Positions 19,696 to 30,146 of a DNA stretch of 64,000 nt are shown piece by piece. Position 1 is the first letter of the stretch, and each line of letters begins with the position of its first letter. Position numbers and translations under genes: made by a program. The stretch covers positions 32,001 through 96,000 of the forward strand of contig QMVG01000003.1 in assembly GCA_003660975.1 (NCBI GenBank), in the 5' to 3' direction. The notes under the pieces were generated by a model, which ran no database searches, was not told the DNA's origin, and was given only the letters and a program-made list of their open reading frames with translations. Source of the stretch: Candidatus Micrarchaeota archaeon (GTDB taxonomy: Archaea > B1Sed10-29 > B47-G15).

Positions 19696-20955
19696 ATGAA
19701 GATTGCGATTATCTCAGACCAGCATTTGGGATATGCTTGGGGGACTGAAAGAGAAAACGACAGCTTTGACCAGTTTGATGAGGCCCTGTCAGAGGCTCTT
19801 TCTTTTTCTGACCTTATCATAATGCCAGGAGATATTTTTGACTCGCGTATACCAAAGCAGGAAGTGCTTGATAAGGCTTTTGCCATCTTTCAAAAAGCGA
19901 GAGAATCAAAGCCCTCTGAAGCAAAACTTGTTTCCACAGTTAACAAGGAGGTAGTCAATGATGACGCCTTGAAAGGCATTCCAATTATTGCCATCCACGG
20001 CACTCATGAAAAAAGAAGCCAAGGCACTGTGAACCCAGTTCAATTATTGGAGAGAGCAGGCTATCTCATACACTTAGATGGTCAGGCAGTTGTTTTTCAG
20101 AAAGAAGGTAAAAAAGTGGCGATTCACGGCATGAGCGGAGTGCCCGAGCAATACGCCAAGAAAACGATTGAAGAGCACAACTACAGGCCAATAAATGGAG
20201 CTGTAAACATATTCGTATTTCATCAGTCGCTAAAAGAATTTATCCCTTCTGGAGATATTGAGGTTTTGTCAGTAGAGGACCTTCCAAAGGGATTTGACTT
20301 ATATATTGACGGCCATATTCATGCGCCTTATTATGATGAAAGCAGGAGATTGCTGATAGCTGGTAGCACTATTGTTACCCAGCAGAAAGGCGAGGAAGTG
20401 AAAGCAAAAGGATATTATGTTCTTGACAGTGCTGATATGAGCTTGACTTTTAGAAAGATAAAACACCAGAGACCCTTTATATACAAGGAACTTTTCTTTG
20501 AGGATGCAGCGCCATCAGAAGTAGTATCAAAAGCTGAAAAAGAGATTGAGTCAATACTTAAATCTGAATTTGAAAAGAAGCCTTTGATTAGGATAAAGCT
20601 TTCAGGCACATTGCAGAGAGCTTCGTCAAGCAATCGCCTGGATTTGAGATGCCTTATAGAGAAATTCAGGGATTTAGCTCTACTTAGTTTCATTAACGAT
20701 ATGGAAAGCGAGGATTTGGCGAGCATAGTCAAAGACCTCCATAAGAAGCATATGGGAAAGCGCAGTGTTGAGGAGATGGGACTTGAAATAATAAACGAGC
20801 AGTTGGCTTCAACAAAATACAAGGGACCAGCTGTCTCAAAGATACTGGATTTGCTTGCTGAGGGAAGAACTGACGAGATAATGGCTTTATTAGACAGGGA
20901 ATTTGAGAGGAGATACGCAAAAAAGAAAGAGCTTTTAGGTTATGATAATAAATGA
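19696..20955 (+). CDS. mre11: DNA double-strand break repair nuclease Mre11
   Basis: Phosphoesterase motifs SDQHLG, GDIFD, HGTHE, FHQ, GHIH and a capping domain (PLIRIKLSG). Confidence 0.88.
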   Translation: MKIAIISDQHLGYAWGTERENDSFDQFDEALSEALSFSDLIIMPGDIFDSRIPKQEVLDKAFAIFQKARESKPSEAKLVSTVNKEVVNDDALKGIPIIAIHGTHEKRSQGTVNPVQLLERAGYLIHLDGQAVVFQKEGKKVAIHGMSGVPEQYAKKTIEEHNYRPINGAVNIFVFHQSLKEFIPSGDIEVLSVEDLPKGFDLYIDGHIHAPYYDESRRLLIAGSTIVTQQKGEEVKAKGYYVLDSADMSLTFRKIKHQRPFIYKELFFEDAAPSEVVSKAEKEIESILKSEFEKKPLIRIKLSGTLQRASSSNRLDLRCLIEKFRDLALLSFINDMESEDLASIVKDLHKKHMGKRSVEEMGLEIINEQLASTKYKGPAVSKILDLLAEGRTDEIMALLDREFERRYAKKKELLGYDNK

Positions 20956-21432
20956 TTCAGACCTCACAGTGCTCGTGTTTTTGCAGTGGGAATATGAGAT
21001 TGACTTACCACTGTCACAACCTTCATAGTAATCAACACTAACCCTTAATTCGCCCTCAAAATTGAAGGCAGGCATAGTAAAATCAATGGATGTATAAGGT
21101 TTTACCTTATACGCTATTTTTTCTATCTTGCAGTTCTGTGCCCAGACTACTGCCCAGTCGCTTATTATCCTACCGTCCTTTACAGGTCTCCCTTCTATCA
21201 CATACGGTCTGCAACCATCAAGAAAAACAGCATTACTTAGGTTGTTTGTAAATGTAATTGTTATGCTTTCATTTGTTTCATACCAATTTTTGTCAACAGA
21301 TACAAAGACACCCTCACCAACCATTTTTGCCCTGTAAGGCTTTATCTTAAAGAAGCCACCGACTATCAACAAAGCATAAAAGAAAGAGACAAGTATCAAT
21401 CCTAATACTATTATCACCCATCCCTTCATCAT
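20935..21432 (-). CDS. Membrane-anchored Ig-like protein
   Basis: N-terminal TM helix, VSVDKNWY...ITITFTN beta strands, Cys pairs. Confidence 0.6.
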   Translation of the reverse strand: MMKGWVIIVLGLILVSFFYALLIVGGFFKIKPYRAKMVGEGVFVSVDKNWYETNESITITFTNNLSNAVFLDGCRPYVIEGRPVKDGRIISDWAVVWAQNCKIEKIAYKVKPYTSIDFTMPAFNFEGELRVSVDYYEGCDSGKSISYSHCKNTSTVRSESFIIIT

Positions 21433-21465
21433 TATCTTCTATTCATGTGAAATATAAAAAACTAA

Positions 21466-22842
21466 TTAATGTTTTCTCAAAAACTCTGCGTATTGGTTCA
21501 TCACGCTTATTGTTTTAACGACCTCTGTTGGGGTTTTATAACATGGTATTCCCATCTTTTGCAAGGTTCTAGTTGTTACCTTTGTGTATTCACCACCCAG
21601 AGTGCACACTAATAGCGGCTTTTTCTTTTTCTTGTTAAACTCGCCAAGCACCCCAATTATGTCTGCATCTAAGCTTACAGCTTGCATGAGTGCTATGCAG
21701 AGGACAACATCTACATCATCAGATTTCTCTGCATACTCTAGTGCATACGAATATCTTTTGCTATCTGCATCTCCAACAATGTCAAGAGGATTGTTTATGG
21801 CAGCATAATGAGGCAGCTTTGAGGCCAGAGCAACAGCGTTCTTCTTCTCTATCTTGCTGAGTTCCAGGCCATTTCTTATCACAGCATCTGTAGCCATTAC
21901 TCCGAGACCTCCACCATTCGTAATTATCAAAACCCTATTGCCCTTTGGCAGAGGTTGTTCAACAAATGCCTTTGCAAAATTTATTGCTTCTGTTATCGTA
22001 TTTGCTCTTATGATTCCAGATTGCTTGAAGGCAGCTTCGTAAACTCTGTCTTCTCCCCCAAGCGAAGCGGTGTGAGACACAACCGCTTTGAGACCCTCCT
22101 TTGTTCTGCCTGCTTTTATGGCTATTATCACCTTTTTCTTTGAGACACGCTTTGCTATCTCCATTAACCTTCTGCCGTTTTTTGTGCCTTCTATATACAT
22201 GACAATTACCTTCGTATCTGGGTCGTTCTCTAGGTATTCAAGGATATCTGCTTCATTTACATCTACCGCATTGCCATAAGAAACAAATTTAGAGAAGCCC
22301 AGCCCCTCATAAGCCATCCAATCAAGGACAGCCCCACCTATCGCTCCTGATTGGGTTATAAATGCTATGTTGCCTTTCTCTGGTCTTCTTAGTTTGTATC
22401 TCGGAAGAAACAGGGTATCAATGCCAGAGGAACTGTCATAAATGCCAATACAGTTGGGGCCCATGATATAAATTTTATACTTCTTTGCTATGCTTAACAA
22501 TCTGTTTTCAAGCCTTTTCTCTCCTATCTCCCCAAAACCAGATGATATCACCACCACTGCTTTAACGCCTTTTCTACCACAGTCCTTCAGCACCTCTGGT
22601 ACGAGGTTGGCAGGCACTGTTATTATAGCAAGGTCTATGCGGTATGGTATCTCCTGCACATTTCTGTAAACCTTATGGCCTAAGATTTCATCTGCATTTG
22701 GATTTACAGGAAAAACATCCCCTTTGAAGGACTCAATCATATTCCTAAAAACAGTATGTCCTATCTTATTGCTCTCCCTATTTACGCCGATCACAGCAAC
22801 TCTCTTAGGTTTAAAGAAAAACCTCATTTTTTCGCTTTTCAT
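21466..22842 (-). CDS. acdA: Acetate--CoA ligase (ADP-forming) alpha subunit
   Basis: PKRVAVIG, GPNCIG, QSGA, phosphohistidine motif SHTASL, TNGGG, NPLD. Confidence 0.93.
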   Translation of the reverse strand: MKSEKMRFFFKPKRVAVIGVNRESNKIGHTVFRNMIESFKGDVFPVNPNADEILGHKVYRNVQEIPYRIDLAIITVPANLVPEVLKDCGRKGVKAVVVISSGFGEIGEKRLENRLLSIAKKYKIYIMGPNCIGIYDSSSGIDTLFLPRYKLRRPEKGNIAFITQSGAIGGAVLDWMAYEGLGFSKFVSYGNAVDVNEADILEYLENDPDTKVIVMYIEGTKNGRRLMEIAKRVSKKKVIIAIKAGRTKEGLKAVVSHTASLGGEDRVYEAAFKQSGIIRANTITEAINFAKAFVEQPLPKGNRVLIITNGGGLGVMATDAVIRNGLELSKIEKKNAVALASKLPHYAAINNPLDIVGDADSKRYSYALEYAEKSDDVDVVLCIALMQAVSLDADIIGVLGEFNKKKKKPLLVCTLGGEYTKVTTRTLQKMGIPCYKTPTEVVKTISVMNQYAEFLRKH

Positions 22843-22883
22843 CTACTCACTAGATGAGTTAAAACAGCTTTGCATAATAAAGA

Positions 22884-23057
22884 TTACGGTTCAATTGTCC
22901 CAGTCCAGGGGGACCTGAATTTGCTTTTTTCCTTAACAATCTTGTACATCATGACTTGGTCTATGTTGTCATTACCTTCGTTTTCATAATTCTCTATGTC
23001 TACCCTAATTAATGCTTTTAGAAAGTCAAGTAGTCTGCTGCCCTCTTTGCTGCCCAT
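22884..23057 (-). CDS. Putative 57-aa protein between acdB and acdA
   Basis: Hand translation MGSKEGSRLLDFLKALIRVD...WTGTIEP; upstream TTTAAATA TATA-like element. Confidence 0.4.
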   Translation of the reverse strand: MGSKEGSRLLDFLKALIRVDIENYENEGNDNIDQVMMYKIVKEKSKFRSPWTGTIEP

Positions 23058-23101
23058 CTAATAATATTTTTCTCTGCCAAATTATTTAAAACTGCGCCTG
23101 C

Positions 23102-23740
23102 TCATTCCCTTACAATCCTAACATCAGCACAATAGCAAGCATTTTCATTACATATAACTGGATTCAGGTCCATCTCTGCAATTTTCTCTTTTTCCATCAT
23201 TTTTGATACTTTGATTATGGTTTCAACAAGCTGCCTCTTATTCACTGGAGGAAGCCCTCTTATTCCATCCATCACCTTTTTCCCTCTGATTTCATTGACC
23301 ATTTCCTCTGCATCCATTCGGCTCACAGGGCAGATTCTTATTGAAATGTCCTCAATTATTTCTGTAAATATTCCTCCCAAACCAAAGAGCACAAAAGGCC
23401 CAAATTGCGGGTCCTTTTTTCCTCCTACAATGAATTCAATGCCCTTTAATTTTTCCTGAACCAGCACTGCCTCAAATTTTATCCTGTGTTTCTTGGCTAC
23501 TTTTTGGAGAGCATAAAAAGCTTGCTCTAAATCATCATCATCTTTTATATCCGTGATTACAGCACCTACATCTGTCTTGTGAACTAGCTTATCACTTAAG
23601 AGCTTCATCACCAGAGGATACCTTATCTGCTTAGCAGCATTTAGCGCTTGCTTTAGGTTTTTGACCACTATCTGTTTGGGGGTGTTTAGCCTGTATTTTT
23701 TTACGAGCCTCTCTGAACTGCCAAAATCAAGAATCTTCAT
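23102..23740 (-). CDS. acdB: Acetate--CoA ligase (ADP-forming) beta subunit, ATP-grasp
   Basis: YPLVMK, HKTDVGAV, DPQFGP...GLGGIFTE, EMDLNP. Confidence 0.93.
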   Translation of the reverse strand: MKILDFGSSERLVKKYRLNTPKQIVVKNLKQALNAAKQIRYPLVMKLLSDKLVHKTDVGAVITDIKDDDDLEQAFYALQKVAKKHRIKFEAVLVQEKLKGIEFIVGGKKDPQFGPFVLFGLGGIFTEIIEDISIRICPVSRMDAEEMVNEIRGKKVMDGIRGLPPVNKRQLVETIIKVSKMMEKEKIAEMDLNPVICNENACYCADVRIVRE

Positions 23741-23855
23741 TACTTCCTTTTAAAGCAGCAAATCTATATAAAGCTAATCTGAGCATATATTTGAGTCCTT
23801 TTCTTATGGAAAGCCATAAAAAGTTACAGGGCTTTATCCAAGCAAAGGTGATACT

Positions 23856-25133
23856 TTGGAGATTCAGTTTTTAGGGGCCTGCCGTGAAGTGGGCAGATCG
23901 GCCTTTTTGGTCCAAGGCAAGAAGAAAAACATTGTTTTGGATTATGGAAATAAGATAAACCCTGAAGAAAACCTTTTCCCTCTGCCAGTTAGAAAGCACA
24001 TAGATTTGGCTATTCTTTCTCATGCTCACTTGGACCATTCAGGCGCTTTCCCTCTTTTATTCAAGCGCTCAGAATTTGATGTCTATATGACACCTCCAAC
24101 GCTTCCTGTTTCAGAGTTGCTAATACGCGATTCAATCAAAGTGAGCAAGTTAAGAGGTTTTGAAGAGCTTTTCAATGAAGTGCATTTAAAACGCTTTTTA
24201 AACAATGTTAAGACCTTGCCATACGACAGAGAAAAAAGCTTGGGGGCAGGCATTTCACTTGAGTTTGGCGATGCTGGGCACATAATAGGAGCTGCCATAT
24301 CAAGCATACATTTTGATGATGTCCACCTCCTTTACACAGGGGACTTTAAGCTGAAGGAAACGCATATGCACAAGGTTGCTAGGTCTAATTTCAAGAACAT
24401 TGATGTATTGATAATTGAAAGCACATACGCTGGTGAAAAGCACCCCGATAGACACAAGCTTGAAGAGGAATTTGTGGCAGATTGTCAACGCATATGTGAT
24501 GAAGGGGGAAATGTTTTGCTTCCAGCCTTTGCTGTTGGCAGGAGTCAGGAATTGGCAGCTGTGTTAAGTGACCATAACTTTGATTATCCTGTGTATATGG
24601 ATGGGATGAGCAATAGCGTTTCAGAAATTATGTTGGAATTTCCAGACTATGTGAGAGATTATGATGATTTATACAGGGCCTTAAAAACCGTTGAATGGAT
24701 TACTACTGAGAGGCAGAGAAGATTGGCATTGAAAGAGCCAAGTGTTATAATCTCTCCTGCAGGCATGCTCCAGGGCGGTCATGTTCTTTGGTATCTTTTA
24801 AAGCTGAGAGACAGACCTGGTTCAGCAGTTTTCATAACTGGCTATCAAGTAGAGGGAACACCAGGAAGAATGCTTTTGGACACTAAGAGAATAAATATTG
24901 ATGGTTATGAAATAGACATGTCTCATCTGGAAATAAAGAAGTTTGACTTTTCCGCTCATGCAGATGATGATGACCTGCGCAGCTTCATAAAAAAGGTTGA
25001 CCCCAAGCTTATTTTCGCTGTTCACGGTGATGAGGAGAAAACAGAGAAGCTACAGCAGTGGGCAAGGGATGAAGGTTACTATGCTTTTGCTCCGAGAATA
25101 GGGGATGACTTCGTAATAAATAAATACTTATAA
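23856..25133 (+). CDS. Beta-CASP metallo-beta-lactamase ribonuclease
   Basis: LGACREVGRS, SHAHLDHSG, AGHIIG, YTGD, ESTY, FSAHAD, VHG. Confidence 0.92.
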   Translation: MEIQFLGACREVGRSAFLVQGKKKNIVLDYGNKINPEENLFPLPVRKHIDLAILSHAHLDHSGAFPLLFKRSEFDVYMTPPTLPVSELLIRDSIKVSKLRGFEELFNEVHLKRFLNNVKTLPYDREKSLGAGISLEFGDAGHIIGAAISSIHFDDVHLLYTGDFKLKETHMHKVARSNFKNIDVLIIESTYAGEKHPDRHKLEEEFVADCQRICDEGGNVLLPAFAVGRSQELAAVLSDHNFDYPVYMDGMSNSVSEIMLEFPDYVRDYDDLYRALKTVEWITTERQRRLALKEPSVIISPAGMLQGGHVLWYLLKLRDRPGSAVFITGYQVEGTPGRMLLDTKRINIDGYEIDMSHLEIKKFDFSAHADDDDLRSFIKKVDPKLIFAVHGDEEKTEKLQQWARDEGYYAFAPRIGDDFVINKYL

Positions 25134-25157
25134 ACTTCTTCTAAAAATGTGATTGCG

Positions 25158-25853
25158 ATGGCAGATAAAGAAAAAAAATTTTGCCCGAGATGTGGGGCAA
25201 CTAATAGGCCTTTTTACAATGGCCTGTGTGTGGATTGCTATAAAGAACTGCATAGCACTGAATTGGTGAGCTTTCCATCTAAAGTAGTGGTCGAGCGTTG
25301 CCCCCACTGTGGTAAGTATTTTTATAAGGGCAAGTGCTTGCCCTCAACATACAACAGTTTGCAGAAGGTTATAGCCTCAAAAGTGAAGAGCAAGCTTTAC
25401 AAGACGAAAATAGACGTTGATGCTGCTTACAATTCTGTTGTCATAACCGTGTCTGGTTTTATTGATGCAGAGGAGCAGATTCCGTTTAAAATAGAGAAAG
25501 AGCTTCCCTTGAAAATAAAAGGCAAGGTCTGTGATACTTGTTCTAAACTTCACGGCAATTACCATGAAGTGAAGATACAAGCGAGAAGAAAGAAAGGCAG
25601 CAACAGAAAGGATTATGAAAAGCTCTTGGCAGACATCAGGCACAGCACGAGAAAACTCCGCGCTTTGGACGACAGAGCAGCTGCTTTTTGGGAAAAGAAA
25701 ACAAGGGAAGGAACCGACTTTTTCTATGTTCACAAGCAGTCAGGAGAGGAAATCGTTAAAGCAATTGAGAAGAAGTATAACTTGAAGGCAAAGCACAGCA
25801 CAAGAATAGGGAGAAAGGGAAGAAGAAAGCACACATATAGCATACGCGTTTAG
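25158..25853 (+). CDS. NMD3-family ribosome biogenesis protein
   Basis: Four CxxC pairs (CPRC, CVDC, CPHC, CDTC) and GNYHEVKIQ-R. Confidence 0.8.
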   Translation: MADKEKKFCPRCGATNRPFYNGLCVDCYKELHSTELVSFPSKVVVERCPHCGKYFYKGKCLPSTYNSLQKVIASKVKSKLYKTKIDVDAAYNSVVITVSGFIDAEEQIPFKIEKELPLKIKGKVCDTCSKLHGNYHEVKIQARRKKGSNRKDYEKLLADIRHSTRKLRALDDRAAAFWEKKTREGTDFFYVHKQSGEEIVKAIEKKYNLKAKHSTRIGRKGRRKHTYSIRV

Positions 25854-26104
25854 CTTTTCTTTATCTTTTTTATGTCTTTTCTATAGCTTTTGGAAACCTC
25901 TAAACCCCTTTGCCATTCATCCATTATTGTTCTTGCTTTGTCCGATATATTTTTCCTTTCCTCTGGCAATATCTCCGAAAGCCTTCCTATAATCCTTTCT
26001 ATCTCTGCTTTTGAAAGACCTTCTTTTTCCAATTCTTGCTTAAAGCTTCCAATCTTTTTGTCTCTGAATTCCTCGTAGTATCTCTGAAGCCTTCTCCTTG
26101 CCAT
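25850..26104 (-). CDS. Hypothetical charged helical protein
   Basis: MARRRLQRYYEE..., K/E/R-rich; start uncertain. Confidence 0.5.
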   Translation of the reverse strand: MARRRLQRYYEEFRDKKIGSFKQELEKEGLSKAEIERIIGRLSEILPEERKNISDKARTIMDEWQRGLEVSKSYRKDIKKIKKS

Positions 26105-26156
26105 GACTTTCTTAAGTTGATTAAGCTTTTTAAGTTTTTGCAATCATAATATAGGC

Positions 26157-26423
26157 ATGGCAATAGTGGGTCAGATTCCTCATTTTTGGCACGACAAAGA
26201 AGGCAAGGCACATAGGAATATGCTTCAAATAGAGGTAGAGGAACCACAGCTGAAAGGTGGCTTTCCGAGAGATGGCAGTGTTACGATAAGATTGCAAGAC
26301 GAGCAGGCTCAAAAGGCGTTCAAAATGACTGCTCAGGAGGCCTTGCAATTAGGACAGGAATTGCTTGATATAGCCAAGGAACTGCTTTCAAAAAAGAGAG
26401 AGCTGTGGAGAAAGAGGCGATGA
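26157..26423 (+). CDS. Hypothetical small beta/alpha protein
   Basis: 88-aa ORF ending 1 nt before the agmatinase start. Confidence 0.65.
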   Translation: MAIVGQIPHFWHDKEGKAHRNMLQIEVEEPQLKGGFPRDGSVTIRLQDEQAQKAFKMTAQEALQLGQELLDIAKELLSKKRELWRKRR

Positions 26424-26424
26424 A

Positions 26425-27216
26425 ATGCTTATTAAAAACACTCTTCTGTCTGAAAACATATACTCAATAGAAGAGGCAGAGGTAATTATTCTAGGTGTGC
26501 CGTTTGACTCCACAGTATCAGAATATCCTGGAACAAGGTTTGCGCCACTTAGGATAAGAGAGGATTTCAATATATCTGTTAACCAATATTTAGCAGAGAT
26601 GGGTAGTATCTCTGACGTAAAATTGTATGACGCAGGAAATCTTTTGGTCAGTCACGGTAATCCAAAGAAGACATTGAATGACTTGCAGTCAGACTTTAGG
26701 TCCATCTATAAACAAAACCCAGAAGCTAAGTATATTGTGATTGGAGGAGAGCATAGCATAAGCTTCCCGGTATTTGAGGTGATTAACAGTTTTGGAGATT
26801 TGGATTACCTTTGTTATGATGCCCACTGGGACCTCCTAGACGAAGCTTACGGGATAAAGGAAAGCCACGAATGCGTTAACAGAAGGATATTCGAGCTTGT
26901 GGGTGGAGACAGAATGAGGATAAAAGGCGTTAGGGAAGAGAGCAGGGAAGAGAAGGACTTTTCATCTCGAATAACAGGTAAGCTTCTTGGCAACAATCCC
27001 ATATATCTCTCAATTGATTTGGATATTTTGGATAATGTGCCCGTAAGCTGCCCAGTACCCGGTGGAATGTCTTTTGAGGAGCTATGGCGCGAAATTTCAA
27101 AAATAGAGAAGATAAAAGCAGTTGACATTGTTGAATACAATCCATTGTTGGGATACTCTCCTATCCCTGCCGAGCTGTTGAAGAGACTTATCTTGCTTCT
27201 TGCAAAATCACATTAG
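26425..27216 (+). CDS. speB: Agmatinase (arginase family)
   Basis: GVPFDST...PGTRFAP, GGEHSI, DAHWD, SIDLD, DIVEYNP. Confidence 0.85.
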   Translation: MLIKNTLLSENIYSIEEAEVIILGVPFDSTVSEYPGTRFAPLRIREDFNISVNQYLAEMGSISDVKLYDAGNLLVSHGNPKKTLNDLQSDFRSIYKQNPEAKYIVIGGEHSISFPVFEVINSFGDLDYLCYDAHWDLLDEAYGIKESHECVNRRIFELVGGDRMRIKGVREESREEKDFSSRITGKLLGNNPIYLSIDLDILDNVPVSCPVPGGMSFEELWREISKIEKIKAVDIVEYNPLLGYSPIPAELLKRLILLLAKSH

Positions 27217-28143
27217 AACACGAGTGGTCATAAACATGATGTAAATTAAGATAAGGAGCAATGCAGATTTTTTCCTCAATTTCTCATGCAGGCCAAATAG
27301 GACAGCCACAAGGCCTGTTATCACAAACAAAACAGGAAGGTCAAAGCTTAGCGTTAGGTTTTCCACCTTGAATCCAGCTACGACTGCACCAAGGCCTAAC
27401 ACTAATGTTGGATTTAATATGTTGCTTCCTATTAGTGTGCCAACGCTTAGCCTATTTATCCTTCTCAATATCGCGGTTATGCTGACAGTTAACTCAGGCA
27501 AGGCAGTTCCTAGGCCTATAAGTAGCCCTATTATCACCTCATCCAACTTCAATGCATTTGATATTCTTATGCCGCTTTCAACAACAAGGTTAGCCCCATA
27601 GATAAGGAGAAGCACCCCAATAAAACCAATGATAATGTCCCTTATATCTTCTTTCCTTAACCTTATGAATAGGTCGTGCTTTTCTATGCCTTTTAATATG
27701 TGCTGAGCATATGTAAAGTACATGCCAATTAATACAAAACCTTCTAGAGGGCTTATGAAATTGTCAACAGCAAATACATAGAGCATTGCAATCACAGCCA
27801 GCATTGTCCCACAATCCCTGTACCAATCCCTCTCTTTTAGTGCTAACACACCAAAGAGACCTGCAATGCCAAGTGTCAAGGTCAAGTTTACGATATTACT
27901 TCCAATAGCATTTCCTATGGCAATGCCAGAGGCCTCTATGCCCAGCATGTTGTGGAAACCGGCATTCAAACTTGTTGCTATTTCAGGAAGACTTGTGCCT
28001 ATTGAAACAACAGTAAGACCTATCAGCAATTCGCTCATGCCTGCTCTCTCTGCAAAGCGTTTAACAGCCTTTACTATTGTGTCGCTTCCGAAGATGAGCA
28101 TGCCAAGGCCAACCAAAAACACCACTATATCAATTGGGTTCAT
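27208..28143 (-). CDS. Calcium/sodium (CaCA) antiporter
   Basis: Duplicated alpha repeats GTSLPE...GSNIVN and GTALPE...GSNILN. Confidence 0.92.
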   Translation of the reverse strand: MNPIDIVVFLVGLGMLIFGSDTIVKAVKRFAERAGMSELLIGLTVVSIGTSLPEIATSLNAGFHNMLGIEASGIAIGNAIGSNIVNLTLTLGIAGLFGVLALKERDWYRDCGTMLAVIAMLYVFAVDNFISPLEGFVLIGMYFTYAQHILKGIEKHDLFIRLRKEDIRDIIIGFIGVLLLIYGANLVVESGIRISNALKLDEVIIGLLIGLGTALPELTVSITAILRRINRLSVGTLIGSNILNPTLVLGLGAVVAGFKVENLTLSFDLPVLFVITGLVAVLFGLHEKLRKKSALLLILIYIMFMTTRVLM

Positions 28144-28218
28144 AAAAAAAGCTAAGCAGTTGGTGTTTAAAAAGATGTGCCAGAGAAATTTAAATAAATC
28201 TTTTATTATTATATTATC

Positions 28219-28641
28219 ATGGATTGGAATCAATTTGATAAAGGAGTCTTTTTGGTAAACTTATTGGGCATCATATATGACCCCAAAACTAAAAAGATTT
28301 TAATTGGCAAGAGGGAAAATGACCCCTACATCAAAGAGCTATCTTGGTGTTTTCCAGGAGGCAGGCCTGGCTATGTTGATGACCTGGAATTTTACCTCAA
28401 AGAGCAGATTAAAATCAAAACAGGACTAGAGGTTGAGCCTAAAAAAATTGTCTTTGCTAAAACATATCCGGAAAAAAGAGAATTCCTCTCAATATACTAC
28501 TATTGCGAAGTTTTGGGTGGTGAGGAGAAGGCCGGTGATAAATTTGTTGAAATAAAATGGGTAAGACCTACAGAGGTTGTTAATTATTTTACTACCTCCT
28601 TACACCAAAAGGTTCTAGATTTCTTAAGGACACTAGAGTGA
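28219..28641 (+). CDS. Nudix-fold protein with degenerate Nudix box
   Basis: KILIGKR...WCFPGG...KEQIKIKTGL; the canonical REUxEE glutamates are mostly replaced. Confidence 0.8.
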   Translation: MDWNQFDKGVFLVNLLGIIYDPKTKKILIGKRENDPYIKELSWCFPGGRPGYVDDLEFYLKEQIKIKTGLEVEPKKIVFAKTYPEKREFLSIYYYCEVLGGEEKAGDKFVEIKWVRPTEVVNYFTTSLHQKVLDFLRTLE

Positions 28642-28726
28642 CGGAGGATTGCGTAAATTAACAGATATTGCTGATTTTTAGCAAAGTTTTTAAACATTTA
28701 CCTGCTTTAATAAGAAGGGGATTTTT

Positions 28727-29494
28727 ATGAAAGGTGATAGAGTTTCATCAGGAATATTCGGCTTGGATGATCTAGTGGCGGGAGGCTTCCCCAAAAATAG
28801 TATAATTCTTTTGGCAGGAGGTCCAGGCACAGGTAAAACCACATTTTCTCTACAATACCTATATAAAGGCATAGTTGACTATGGAGAAAATGCTATCTAT
28901 GTCAGTTCAGAAGAAGATTTTAATGAGATAAACACATCTATGTCTGCTTTTGGGATGGACTTTGAGAAAGTATCCAATGAAAAAAAATTTTCAATGATAA
29001 CATTTGAAGGGAGCACTGAGATTAAAGAACTCATCTCACGGATAAAAAACTCAGCAAAGCAAATAAAGGCCAACAGGTTAGTTATTGACTCTTTTTCATC
29101 TTTGGAGCTATTTGCTTCAACATATAAATCAGTCATAAATGAGTTGCCTCTATCAGCTTTGAGGTTGCCTTCATCTGTTATGGTGCCAACAGAGGCAATA
29201 GTTAGAAAGATGTTGTACAAATTGATATCCAGTTTGAAACAATTAGGATTAACAACAATCTTAACATCTGAGTTTGATGGCAGCACAAAATATTCGAGAT
29301 ATGGGGTTGCAGAATTTTTAGTCGATGGTTTGATAGTCTTACATTACTCATCTATCGGACAAAAAAAGTTTGGCAACATTGAGATTAAGAAGCTTAGGAA
29401 GACCAAACACACGCACGGTATTTTTGATTATGACCTCACCGAAAAAGGCTTTGAGATATTTGTAGAGCATGGACCTTCAATCATAATGAAGTGA
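28727..29494 (+). CDS. Single-domain KaiC-like (RAD55/RecA superfamily) ATPase
   Basis: RVSSGIFGLDDLVAGG, GGPGTGKT, SEE, RLVIDS, DGLIVL, IKKLRKT. Confidence 0.92.
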   Translation: MKGDRVSSGIFGLDDLVAGGFPKNSIILLAGGPGTGKTTFSLQYLYKGIVDYGENAIYVSSEEDFNEINTSMSAFGMDFEKVSNEKKFSMITFEGSTEIKELISRIKNSAKQIKANRLVIDSFSSLELFASTYKSVINELPLSALRLPSSVMVPTEAIVRKMLYKLISSLKQLGLTTILTSEFDGSTKYSRYGVAEFLVDGLIVLHYSSIGQKKFGNIEIKKLRKTKHTHGIFDYDLTEKGFEIFVEHGPSIIMK

Positions 29495-29498
29495 TAAA

Positions 29499-30143
29499 AT
29501 GCCATTTATGTCCGGCGCATACGGTCTTTTTGGTAAATGGCTAATTTCAGGTCAACTTAAGATCAGCGAAGGCGATATTTCTTTGCTTGGGCAAAGAGTG
29601 GCAATGCTTCCAACTTCTTTTTTTGTTGAGATGGAAAAGACAGTACAGAAATCAAATAGTCCAACTCTCCGAGACGATGTTTATCTTTGGGCATGGAAAA
29701 TTGCTTATTTGTACATTAAAAAATTTGTGGAGGAATATGGTCTGAAGACCTTTGAAGAAAGGTATAAATGGGGAATGGATATTGCTTCTTTAGCTGGCTT
29801 TGGGGATTATAAAACTATTGATTATCATGATAAAGAATATAGTTATTTTTACATTATAAACAATCCAATCGCGGAGGCTTTTTACCCTTCTAAAAAAGCA
29901 GTAGACACTTTCCTTAGGGGCATAAATGCAGGTGGTGGTACTGCCTGTCATATGCAGATAGTCAATTGTTTGGAGACCGACTGCCAAGCAATAAATGGCC
30001 AAAAATGTGTTTTTATAACAGGCACAGAAAGAGCACATGAAAAGTTCGGAGTTTCTGATTTGTACGCTGAACAGTTGGATCTTGATTATGTACTTCCGCA
30101 ACAAAAAGAATTCCTAAGAAAGGTAGGATTACCGAAGGTGTAG
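29499..30143 (+). CDS. V4R (4-vinyl reductase)-type ligand-binding protein
   Basis: GQRVAMLP, AGFG, NNPIAE, RGINAG and ETDCQAINGQKCVF, the V4R E-x2-C...C-x-F motif. Confidence 0.8.
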   Translation: MPFMSGAYGLFGKWLISGQLKISEGDISLLGQRVAMLPTSFFVEMEKTVQKSNSPTLRDDVYLWAWKIAYLYIKKFVEEYGLKTFEERYKWGMDIASLAGFGDYKTIDYHDKEYSYFYIINNPIAEAFYPSKKAVDTFLRGINAGGGTACHMQIVNCLETDCQAINGQKCVFITGTERAHEKFGVSDLYAEQLDLDYVLPQQKEFLRKVGLPKV

Positions 30144-30146
30144 TAA

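Noticed and set aside
28727-29494. Circadian clock KaiC
   Set aside because: Single domain, no Ser-Thr phosphosite pair at the equivalent position, and no kaiA or kaiB.
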